NCBI GenBank assembly: GCA_046484865.1
Contig: JAWOID010000093.1
Span: forward strand, 1 to 25,781
Length of the DNA: 25,781 nucleotides
Reading direction: 5' to 3'
Origin: Candidatus Krumholzibacteriia bacterium
Lineage (GTDB): Bacteria; Krumholzibacteriota; Krumholzibacteriia; LZORAL124-64-63
Of the stretch, positions 17,454 through 25,198 are shown one piece after another. The notes beneath the pieces were generated by a model. That model made no database searches and was not told where the DNA came from. It saw only the letters and a list, made by a program, of their open reading frames with translations. The translations under genes and the position numbers were made by a program. The number at the start of each line of letters is the position of its first letter. Within the stretch, counting starts at the first letter, position 1.

Positions 17454-18851
17454 TCAGCCGCTCGTGCGGCCGTTCTGAGCGATGCGCCGGAACGTGAACT
17501 CGACCTTCGCCGTGGCGGGACGGCCGTCGACCTCGAGCACGGGGTAGGCCAGGAAGTTGATCGGACCCGATGCGGGCAGGGGGTCGACGACGAGGTCGCG
17601 ACCGCGACTGAACTCGAAGCGGTTGGCCGGATGGTGGCCGAAGTAGTAGGTCGCCAGGCCGGAGTACTTGTCGGCCTCGCTGATGTCCACCGGCCACCAC
17701 TTGCCGTCGGCGTGGAACTCCGCCCAGCAGTGATAGCCGTCCACGCCTCCCTCGTCTCGCTCGGAGGGGAGGGCCGCGCCGATGGCGAACCGCGCCGGGA
17801 TTCCCGCCGCGCGGGCCAGGGCGACGAAGTAGGAGTGGAAATCGGTGCAGTTGCCCGACTGCACGTCGCAGGCGTAGACGGCATCGCCCCGGCCCCAGCC
17901 GTCGCCGTGCTTGATGTACGCCATGCGATCGATGACGTGGTCGTAGAGCGCCCGGGCGCGAACCAGGTCCTGTTCCTTGCCGGCCACCACCTCGCGTGCG
18001 ATCGCCTCGAAGTCCTCGGTCGCCGGCACCATGCGCTCGGGATGCAGGTACCGGTCGGGCGAGGACTCGGCGGCCTCGTACGCGGCCACCTCTCGTCGCT
18101 GCACCCGGTAGCGGATCTCGACCACCTCGCCGCCGTCCTCGGGGCCGAGCTCCAGAAAGAGAACGCGGTTGCCGGGGTCGCGGTCGCGGATCATCCGCTG
18201 TTCGCCCGGCGCCTCGATCGACAGGATCTCCACCGTCTGGAACGCGTCGGTCTCGGGCAGGGGAAGCCACATGCGGGCCGGAGCGTCGAGCGGGGGCAAG
18301 GTCGCCCGGTACGTGAACTCGAACGCGTCGCTGTCGTGGATCACGCCCAGGTGAGCGGCGGTGGCCTCGTCGACGGGAATGCGCCGCCACGTGCCGTCGT
18401 CGGCCTGGTCCCAGGCGTAGTACGGCTGGCCATTGATCTTGTGGACGGTGGTCTCGGACACCGTCATAGCGCCTGGCTCGCCCGTCAGGAAGAAATCGAC
18501 GTCGTAGACGTCGCCGCTCACGTCCACCAGATCGACGCAGGCGAAGTGGCTGTTCGGGCCGAGATTCGCCAGGTACTCGGTGTGCACCCGGACGAGGTTC
18601 AGCTGCAGCGTGACGTCGCCGTGGTCGAGGGCGAAGTGTCCGCCGCCCCGGCGGACCTGCTCCTCGATGTACGTCTCGATGCCGGCCTGGATGTCCTCCG
18701 TCACCACGCCGGGCGCAGATGTGCCGTGGTCATCGCCGGCGTGCCCCGTGCCGGCGTCCGGGCCGGCGAGCGCCACCAGCGCGGCCACGCACGCCGCTGC
18801 CAATTTCGTCCCAGGGCGGCCCCGCCAGGACCGCCGAGTTGCTGCGCGCAT
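17454..18851 (-). CDS. Secreted transglutaminase-like (Cys-His-Asp) protein with an additional N-terminal domain, 465 aa
   Basis: GGGAAGG upstream of the start; signal-like KLAAACVAALVALAG. Triad motifs GNCTDFHSYF, GYHCWAEF and WWPVD; MWLPLP motif typical of the bacterial TG-like N-region. Confidence 0.9.
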   Translation of the reverse strand: MRAATRRSWRGRPGTKLAAACVAALVALAGPDAGTGHAGDDHGTSAPGVVTEDIQAGIETYIEEQVRRGGGHFALDHGDVTLQLNLVRVHTEYLANLGPNSHFACVDLVDVSGDVYDVDFFLTGEPGAMTVSETTVHKINGQPYYAWDQADDGTWRRIPVDEATAAHLGVIHDSDAFEFTYRATLPPLDAPARMWLPLPETDAFQTVEILSIEAPGEQRMIRDRDPGNRVLFLELGPEDGGEVVEIRYRVQRREVAAYEAAESSPDRYLHPERMVPATEDFEAIAREVVAGKEQDLVRARALYDHVIDRMAYIKHGDGWGRGDAVYACDVQSGNCTDFHSYFVALARAAGIPARFAIGAALPSERDEGGVDGYHCWAEFHADGKWWPVDISEADKYSGLATYYFGHHPANRFEFSRGRDLVVDPLPASGPINFLAYPVLEVDGRPATAKVEFTFRRIAQNGRTSG

Positions 18852-18919
18852 GGAGTCGCCTTCCCTTCAGGTGGACGAGCGCGCGCAGGCGCGCCCATCC
18901 GTCCATACGGTCGCGCCGG

Positions 18920-19453
18920 TCACTTGCCGCCGTCGGAGCGGTTCGGATGATCCGTCTGCTTCTGATCCGTCTGCTTCGGATGCTCCGACTGATTCGGATG
19001 CTCCGATTTCCCGGGATGCTCGGATTTCCCCGGGTGCTCGGGGTGCTCCGAGGCCGAGGCGCTGCTCTCCAGCGAGACGACCTCGATCGCGCGCGCCTCG
19101 GGGTAGACGTTGCCGCGGACCGTCACCGTCTGGCCGCGGTGGCCCTTGGTCAGCGGCTCGCTCTGCTCCGTCTCCAGGTAGTGCAGCACCCATCCCGACA
19201 TGTCGGGGACGTCCTGCTCGACGCCGGACGCGTCGGTCACCGCGAGCACGAGCTGGTGGCCGTACTCACGGCAATCGCTTTCGGCTGCGGCCTTCCCCTC
19301 GAGCGCACACCGCAGGCAGATGTTCTGCCCGGTCACGGTGGCCTCGACGCTCTCCATGCCCTCGAGGACGTTTCCGGTCTGTGCGAGTGCGAATCCGGCC
19401 GTGCCCAGCAGCAGGGCCACCGCCAGCGTCGCTGTCAGTTCGAATCTCTTCAT
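18920..19453 (-). CDS. Small exported protein with CxxC...C...H motif and His-Pro repeat tail, 177 aa
   Basis: AGGAG upstream of ATG 19453; clean signal peptide MKRFELTATLAVALLLGTAGFALA|Q. Contains GQNICLRC...DCREYGH and an OB-fold-like GQTVTVRGNVY; tail SEHPEHPGKSEHPGKSEHPNQSEHPKQTDQKQTDHPNR. Confidence 0.85.
   Translation of the reverse strand: MKRFELTATLAVALLLGTAGFALAQTGNVLEGMESVEATVTGQNICLRCALEGKAAAESDCREYGHQLVLAVTDASGVEQDVPDMSGWVLHYLETEQSEPLTKGHRGQTVTVRGNVYPEARAIEVVSLESSASASEHPEHPGKSEHPGKSEHPNQSEHPKQTDQKQTDHPNRSDGGK
18923..19051 (-). repeat. Degenerate 18-bp coding repeat (SEHPxx)
   Basis: Consecutive units encode SEHPGK, SEHPNQ and SEHPKQ, with degenerate flanking units. Confidence 0.85.
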
Positions 19454-19570
19454 GGCTCTCTTCGTCTCCTGGTGGGGTTCCCGCCCGCGCGCCTCATACG
19501 TGATCACTCCAGTCAGGGATAGTCGTATCCGGCCGAGACGGCCAGTGGTGCGGGACCGGACCGTCTGGTG

Positions 19571-19599
19571 CTGACCGCCACGACCGCATCTGGTACCAT
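19571..19599 (+). promoter_or_regulatory. Sigma70-like promoter candidate with extended -10 for the NifX-SlyD fusion gene
   Basis: CTGACC (19571-19576), 17-nt spacer, TACCAT (19594-19599) preceded by TG at 19591-19592; AAGGAGG RBS follows. Confidence 0.4.
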
Positions 19600-19622
19600 C
19601 GCGCCGCCAAAGGAGGCACACG

Positions 19623-20519
19623 ATGTTGATTGCCGTTCCGTCCGAGCAGCCTGGCGGCCTCGAGGCGCCCATTTCCGAGCACTTCGGCCACTGTCACGCC
19701 TTCACCCTGGTCCGCGTGGACGACGGGGCGATCGGCGAGGTTTCGGTGCTCGCCAACTCCGCCCATCAGCAGGGCGGATGCATGGCTCCGGTGCAGTTGC
19801 TGAAGTCGAACGGGGTGGACGTCCTGGTCGCGGGCGGCATGGGTGCGCGGCCGCTGGCGGGCTTCCAGCAGGTGGGCATCGCCGTCCACTTCAAGGAGCA
19901 GGCGTCCAGGGTGGCCGAGGCGGTCGAGCTGTTCCTGGCCGGCGGGTGCCGGGAGTTCGGTGACGCGCAGACCTGCGGCGGCGGCAGCGGCCAGGGCTGT
20001 GGCGGCCACGACCACCACGACCACCATGCGCCGGTGGAGCGGGAGCCCATCGTCGGCACCGCCGACGTCCGCGACGGCCGCGTGGTCAGCTTCGATTTCG
20101 AGCTCCGGGACGGCGACGGCCGGCTCCTAGAGTCGTCGAGCGCCACCAGACCCATGCGTTACCTGCACGGGTCGGGACAGGTGCTGCCGGCGCTGGAGCG
20201 CGGCCTGGCCGGTCTGGAGCCGGGACAGGAGGCGGAGATCGCCATCGCTCGCGCCGACGCGTTCGGTGAACGCGACCCGTCGCGACGCACCGAGGTGGCC
20301 CGGGCCGACTTGCCGCCGGGGGTCGCGGTCGGATCGGTGGTCACCGCTCAGGACGGTGAGGGCCGCCGGTTCCAGCTCGTGGTCGAGGAACTCGGCGAGG
20401 AGACGGCGGTGCTGGACAGCAACCATCCGCTCGCCGGCAAGGACCTGGTGTTCAAGGTGCAGATCCGGTCGGTGGAATCGGCCACACCCGACGAGATCGA
20501 GCACGGCCACCTTCACTGA
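19623..20519 (+). CDS. Fusion of a NifB/NifX-family (IssA/MTH1175-like) domain with a SlyD-type FKBP peptidyl-prolyl isomerase, 298 aa
   Basis: N-terminal IAVPS...ISEHFGHCHAF...GVDVLVAGGMGARP...GI (NifB/NifX fold). Linker CGGGSGQGCGGHDHHDHH. C-terminal VVSFDFEL...YLHGSGQVLPALE...AFG...DSNHPLAGKDLVFKV...ATPDEIEHGHLH (SlyD). Confidence 0.9.
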   Translation: MLIAVPSEQPGGLEAPISEHFGHCHAFTLVRVDDGAIGEVSVLANSAHQQGGCMAPVQLLKSNGVDVLVAGGMGARPLAGFQQVGIAVHFKEQASRVAEAVELFLAGGCREFGDAQTCGGGSGQGCGGHDHHDHHAPVEREPIVGTADVRDGRVVSFDFELRDGDGRLLESSSATRPMRYLHGSGQVLPALERGLAGLEPGQEAEIAIARADAFGERDPSRRTEVARADLPPGVAVGSVVTAQDGEGRRFQLVVEELGEETAVLDSNHPLAGKDLVFKVQIRSVESATPDEIEHGHLH

Positions 20520-20729
20520 ACCAGCCGGCCCGCGAGGCGCGGGTCGGGGCATTCGACTGGCCGGAAAGGCATGGACGACCTTCGGGCTTTGTGCTGTCAT
20601 CGGCTGGGCGAGAGGAGAACATCGTCGTCGTCACCACCTGCGCTCCTCTTTCGTCCCCTCACCTGTCGCGTTTGGTGTCGGCCGCGGCCTGAATCGCTCA
20701 CTGATGGGCCATCTGCAAAGGGGAATGAG

Positions 20730-22034
20730 ATGAAGACTGGGGTCATGTTGCTCTGCGGTCTCGCGCTGCTGGGGATGGCCGCCGGCCCTGCCGGTGCCGG
20801 TGGAATCATCAACAAGTCCAACTGGAGCACAGACTACATCCGCACGCTCAACCGATTCGCCGCCACCGACGAGGCGGACATCGCAGTCTTCAATCCCGCC
20901 GGGATCATGACGATGACGAACGGCACCTACGCCAAGCTCGACATCCTTTACTTCGGGAAGGACTACTCGAACACGGTGCCCGGATTCGGAGAACTCTCGC
21001 AGGATACCCCCTCGCTCATCCCGAGCCTCTTCGTGATCCACAAGCAGGATCGCCTGGCCGGGTTCTTCGCCTTCACCGTGCCCGCCGGCGGCGGCAAGCT
21101 CGAGTACGACGACGGCAGCGCCCGGACCGTGGCGCTCGGCCAGGGCGTGGCGGCCGCCGCCAACGCGGCCCTGGGCGGCGCGGGCGTGCCGTCAGACTAC
21201 TTCTACAATCAGATCTCGGACATGACCCTGGACATCAACGCGAGCACCGTCTACGGCTTCACCTTCGGCGGTTCGGTGGCGCTCACCGACCGGGTGAGCG
21301 CGTCGCTGGGCGCCCGCTTCGCGAAGGGCAAGCGGGAGTTCGAGGGCGGGGCCACGATCAGCGCCTCGCAGCCCGCTCCGTCGCCGCCGTTCCCGGCGGG
21401 CGTGAACGATCCGCTGACGCCCGAGCTCCACCTCGAGGAAGACGCCAGCGGCTGGGCCGGCATTCTCGGCCTGAACTTCGCCGTGACCGAGGACCTGAAC
21501 GTGGCGGCCACCTACATCACCAACACCAGCATGGACTACGAGATCGACGTCCTGCGCGACACCATGGGCATCGCGCCCGCCCTCGGCTACGCCGACGGAT
21601 CCGAGCACGCGATCGACATTCCCGGCCAGATCGGACTCGGCGTCGCCTACCGATTCACGCCGAGCCTGACGGTCCATGCCAACCACCTGATCTACATGGA
21701 GAAGGACGCCGACATCAACACGTTCGACGATTACGGCAACAGTACGGACACCGGTCTGGCCGTCGAGTACGCGTTCAATCCTCGCTGGAAGGCCAGCGTC
21801 GGTTACCTGCGCACGAACATCGAGCTGGACGACGATCAGCAGCTCAACGAGCCCGAGGAGCCGAAGCTGGACGCCAACACCGTGGGCGCCGGCTTCGTGT
21901 TCAGCCCCACGCCGGTGTGGGACATCAGCGTCGCCGGGCTGATCGCCACCTACGACGACGTGACCGACTCGCGCGGCATCACCTACGAGAAGAGCGTCTG
22001 GAACCTGTCGGTGGGGGCGCAGCGCCGCTTCTAG
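20730..22034 (+). CDS. FadL/OmpP1/TodX-like outer-membrane transport protein, 434 aa
   Basis: AGGGGA RBS and signal peptide ending ...PAGA. The hatch motif DIAVFNPAG, then PAGGG, amphipathic strands and a C-terminal Phe. Confidence 0.85.
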   Translation: MKTGVMLLCGLALLGMAAGPAGAGGIINKSNWSTDYIRTLNRFAATDEADIAVFNPAGIMTMTNGTYAKLDILYFGKDYSNTVPGFGELSQDTPSLIPSLFVIHKQDRLAGFFAFTVPAGGGKLEYDDGSARTVALGQGVAAAANAALGGAGVPSDYFYNQISDMTLDINASTVYGFTFGGSVALTDRVSASLGARFAKGKREFEGGATISASQPAPSPPFPAGVNDPLTPELHLEEDASGWAGILGLNFAVTEDLNVAATYITNTSMDYEIDVLRDTMGIAPALGYADGSEHAIDIPGQIGLGVAYRFTPSLTVHANHLIYMEKDADINTFDDYGNSTDTGLAVEYAFNPRWKASVGYLRTNIELDDDQQLNEPEEPKLDANTVGAGFVFSPTPVWDISVAGLIATYDDVTDSRGITYEKSVWNLSVGAQRRF

Positions 22035-22053
22035 CCGAATTCCAGCGATCGCG

Positions 22054-22088
22054 AGGGGCCCCGGATCGACGTCCGGGGCCCTTTTTTG
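22054..22088 (+). terminator. Rho-independent terminator after the FadL-like gene
   Basis: Perfect 10-bp stem gggccccgga (22056-22065) / tccggggccc (22072-22081), 6-nt loop, followed by TTTTTT (22082-22087). Confidence 0.92.
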
Positions 22089-22227
22089 CGCCCCCGGGAG
22101 AGTGTGCGTCATGACCCCCGTCGCCAGCCCGGTCGCGGCCCGGCGCGCTGTCTCTCCCTTGCGGATCTCCGCGCCGACGGTTCCTTGTCGAAAAGTCGTA
22201 CCTGAAAGTTCCGAAAGGGGTTACGCG

Positions 22228-23412
22228 ATGAGCACGTGGCTGGCGAATCGAGTCCTGCCGCTGCTGGTGATGGCAGGCGGGCTGGTCTTCGTCTTGCCGA
22301 GAGCGATGGCCGCGACCGAGACGGTGGAGCCGACCGCGGATGTGCCGGCGGCGAGCGGCTGGCGCGAGACGCCGGTGGTCGACGGGCTGGTGCATCCCTG
22401 GGGCATGGCGTTCCTGCCCGGCGGCGACATCCTGGTCACCGAGCGCCCGGGCCGGCTGCGTCTGGTGCGCGACGGACAGCTGATCGCGCACGAGATCGAG
22501 GGTGTGCCCGACGTGATGGCGCGGAACCAGGGCGGCCTGCTCGACGTGTCGCTGCACCCGGACTTCGCCGAGAACCGACGGGTCTACCTCACCTATGCCT
22601 CGGGCACCGACGACCGGAACCGCACGACGCTCGCGCGCGGTGTGCTCGAGGACGACCGCCTGCGCGACGTCGAGGTGCTGTTCCAGGCCCGGCCCGACAA
22701 GTCGGAGGGCCAGCATTTCGGTTCGCGCATCGTGTGGCTGCCCGACGGCACGCTGCTGATGAGCGTTGGCGACGGCGGCAACCCGCCGCTGGAGATCGAC
22801 GGCGTCCTGGCGCGCGAACACGCCCAGCGACTGGACGGCCACCTGGGCAAGATCGTGCGTCTCGCCGACGATGGTTCGGTCCCCGAGGACAACCCCTTCG
22901 TGGGCCGCGGCGACGCCCGCCCCGAGATCTTCAGCTACGGTCACCGCAACATCCAGGGCATGGCGCACGACCGCGAGCACGAGCGCATCTGGGCCACCGA
23001 GCACGGGCCGCTGGGCGGCGACGAGCTGAACCTGGTGGAAAAGGGCGCCAACCACGGCTGGCCGCTGGCCACTCACGGCGCCGACTATCGCACCGGCGAG
23101 CGCTTCACCCCGCACCGCACCATCGACGGCGCCAATCCGCCCAGAGCGGTCTGGACGCCGGCCGTCGCGCCATCCGGTCTGATGGTCTACACCGGCGACC
23201 GGTTCCCTCAGTGGCGCGGCGACCTGTTCTCGGGCGGTCTGGTGGGCCGCGAGGTGCGGCGCATCATGCTCGACGGCGACCGCGTCACCGGCCAGGAGAC
23301 GCTGCCCCTGGGGCGCCGGGTGCGCTGCGTGACCCAGGGCCCCGACGGTGACATCTACGTCCTGACCGACGAGAAGGACGGCGAACTGCTGCGCATCGAA
23401 CCGGCAGACTAG
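22228..23412 (+). CDS. PQQ-dependent sugar dehydrogenase (soluble aldose sugar dehydrogenase, YliI-like), secreted, 394 aa
   Basis: Signal peptide. Motifs GLVHPWGMAFLP, LVTERPGRL, QGGLLDV.LHPDF, HFGSRI, YGHRNIQG, EHGPLGGDELN and APSG. Confidence 0.93.
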   Translation: MSTWLANRVLPLLVMAGGLVFVLPRAMAATETVEPTADVPAASGWRETPVVDGLVHPWGMAFLPGGDILVTERPGRLRLVRDGQLIAHEIEGVPDVMARNQGGLLDVSLHPDFAENRRVYLTYASGTDDRNRTTLARGVLEDDRLRDVEVLFQARPDKSEGQHFGSRIVWLPDGTLLMSVGDGGNPPLEIDGVLAREHAQRLDGHLGKIVRLADDGSVPEDNPFVGRGDARPEIFSYGHRNIQGMAHDREHERIWATEHGPLGGDELNLVEKGANHGWPLATHGADYRTGERFTPHRTIDGANPPRAVWTPAVAPSGLMVYTGDRFPQWRGDLFSGGLVGREVRRIMLDGDRVTGQETLPLGRRVRCVTQGPDGDIYVLTDEKDGELLRIEPAD

Positions 23413-23490
23413 GTTCGCGGAGCCCCGGGGTGGGATGGACGGCCGGACGGATGACAGGCGCTACCCGCGCGTCCGTTCCCGAGCGGACCG

Positions 23491-24159
23491 TCAGGGTGCA
23501 GCGCGCGCCGCCACCTGCTGCAGCACGCCCGCGGCGGTGGTCACGTACGCGAAGCCGAACGCCAGGCCCATCAGGCCCGCCACGTGCAGTTCCTCGCTCA
23601 CCGAGCCGGTGGCGTCCGCCGGGACGAACACCCGGTAATCGCGGAAGTAGGCGTCGCGCGCCGTCGATTCGCAGCACAGGTTGGTCATGATGCCGGTGAC
23701 GACCAGGTCCCGCACTCCCAGCCCGCGCAGCACCACCTCGAGATCGGTGTTGTAGAACGCCGAGTAGCGGTGCTTGCAGACGACCTTCTCGCCGGGCAGC
23801 GGCGCCAGTTCGCGATGGATCTCGCTCTCGGGGCTGCCCTCGACGCACATGCCCTCCCACCACCAGCCCATGATGCCGGCGTCGCACCCCGACGGATGAT
23901 GCACGTGCTTCGTGTGGATCACCGGCCGCTCGCGGGCGCGGAACGCCTCGATGAGCTGCTTCACGTTCGGGATGATCGGCTCGCCGCCGCAGGTGAAGGT
24001 CGGCGACTGCGGATCGAGGAAGAAGTCCTGCATGTCGATGACCAGGAGCGCCGCTGCCTCCACGTCGAGCTGCATCGGATGCCGGTTGTAGGGCGCGATC
24101 TGCGCGAGCCAGCCGGCTGTCTGCCTGGGGAGGTTGGCGGTCGTGGCGTAGCCGGTCAT
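23491..24159 (-). CDS. Isochorismatase-family cysteine hydrolase, 222 aa
   Basis: GAAAGGA upstream of ATG 24159. Asp-Lys-Cys triad in ALLVIDMQ, KHRYSAF and TNLCCESTARDA. Confidence 0.93.
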   Translation of the reverse strand: MTGYATTANLPRQTAGWLAQIAPYNRHPMQLDVEAAALLVIDMQDFFLDPQSPTFTCGGEPIIPNVKQLIEAFRARERPVIHTKHVHHPSGCDAGIMGWWWEGMCVEGSPESEIHRELAPLPGEKVVCKHRYSAFYNTDLEVVLRGLGVRDLVVTGIMTNLCCESTARDAYFRDYRVFVPADATGSVSEELHVAGLMGLAFGFAYVTTAAGVLQQVAARAAP

Positions 24160-24470
24160 CTCTGTATTCCTTTCGTGCGACGGCGACCGTGGCCGGCACC
24201 GCGCGACGTCGCGCCCCGGCAGATCGGCCGCGGTGGTGAAGGCGCCGGGCAGGCGGTGGTGTGACGGCGCCGAGGATAACCGGAGCGGGGGGTTCGGAAA
24301 AGCGCCGCGGGTGGGACGGCGAGGCGGAACCCCGCTCCCTGACCTGCACCACCCCGAACGCGGCCCCACCACAGTTCCACTATACTGGGCGGCAGTGGTC
24401 GTGGGGTGCCGCTGCCTGAGCGGCCGCTCCCTGTCCGCAAGCTCGCGGGCGCCGCCCGCCAGGAGGAACG

Positions 24471-25142
24471 ATGAAAGCCGCGCCGGCATGCGCCATTCTG
24501 GTGATCATGGCCACCGCGCCGGCTGCGGCCGGGGCCCTGCCGGCCGCAGCCCCGCTGGCCGCGCCGACCGCCCCGGCCGTCGCCGCGACCGCGTGGGCGG
24601 CAGCCGCCCCGGCCGAGAGGGCCGCCGCCGCCGAAGTCCCGACCGTCACCATGAAGGGCCGGCCCGTGCAACTGTCCGGCACCGTCGTGACGGTGGGCGA
24701 CCGGGCGCCGGCGTTCACGGCGCTGGACAACGACTTCCAGCCGGTCGCACTCGACTCGTTCCGGGGCCGGCCCGTGCTCATCAGCGCCGTACCGAGCCTC
24801 GACACGGCGGTCTGCTCCATGCAGACCAGGCGCTTCGACGACGAGCTGGCCGGGCTGCCGGAGGAGGTGGCTCTGATCACCATCAGCATGGACCTGCCCA
24901 CGGCCCAGAAGCGCTTCTGCAGCGAGGAAGGCATCGAGCGCATGGTGGTGCTGTCGGACTCGGCACTCCGGGAGTTCGGACACGCCTACGGCATCCTGAT
25001 CCCCGCGCGGGGTCTGCTGGCCCGCGCCGTGTTCGTCATCGACCCCGGCGGCCGCGTGGTCTACCGGGAGGTGGTGTCCGAGATCAGCGAGCAGCCCGAC
25101 TACCAGGGGGCGCTGGACGCCGTCCGCCGGACGGTCCGTTAG
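24471..25142 (+). CDS. tpx: Thiol peroxidase (atypical 2-Cys peroxiredoxin, Tpx subfamily) with an N-terminal signal-like/Ala-rich extension
   Basis: AGGAGG RBS. VTMKGRPV, PSLDTAVC (peroxidatic Cys), ISMDLP.AQKRFC (resolving Cys), LLARAVFVID and EQPDY. Confidence 0.93.
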   Translation: MKAAPACAILVIMATAPAAAGALPAAAPLAAPTAPAVAATAWAAAAPAERAAAAEVPTVTMKGRPVQLSGTVVTVGDRAPAFTALDNDFQPVALDSFRGRPVLISAVPSLDTAVCSMQTRRFDDELAGLPEEVALITISMDLPTAQKRFCSEEGIERMVVLSDSALREFGHAYGILIPARGLLARAVFVIDPGGRVVYREVVSEISEQPDYQGALDAVRRTVR

Positions 25143-25198
25143 TCCCGCATCTCCTCTGCAACGAAAACGAGGACAGCGATCCACGAACGAGCAGCATC

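Noticed and set aside
19300..19320. c-type cytochrome heme motif
   Set aside because: The sequence is CLRCA, not CxxCH.
19623..19970. Nitrogen fixation gene (nifB/nifX) call
   Set aside because: The domain is widespread in non-diazotrophs; there is no radical-SAM domain and no other nif gene here.
24381..24386. TATACT -10 box upstream of tpx
   Set aside because: No credible -35 or extended -10 TG at the proper spacing; insufficient on its own.
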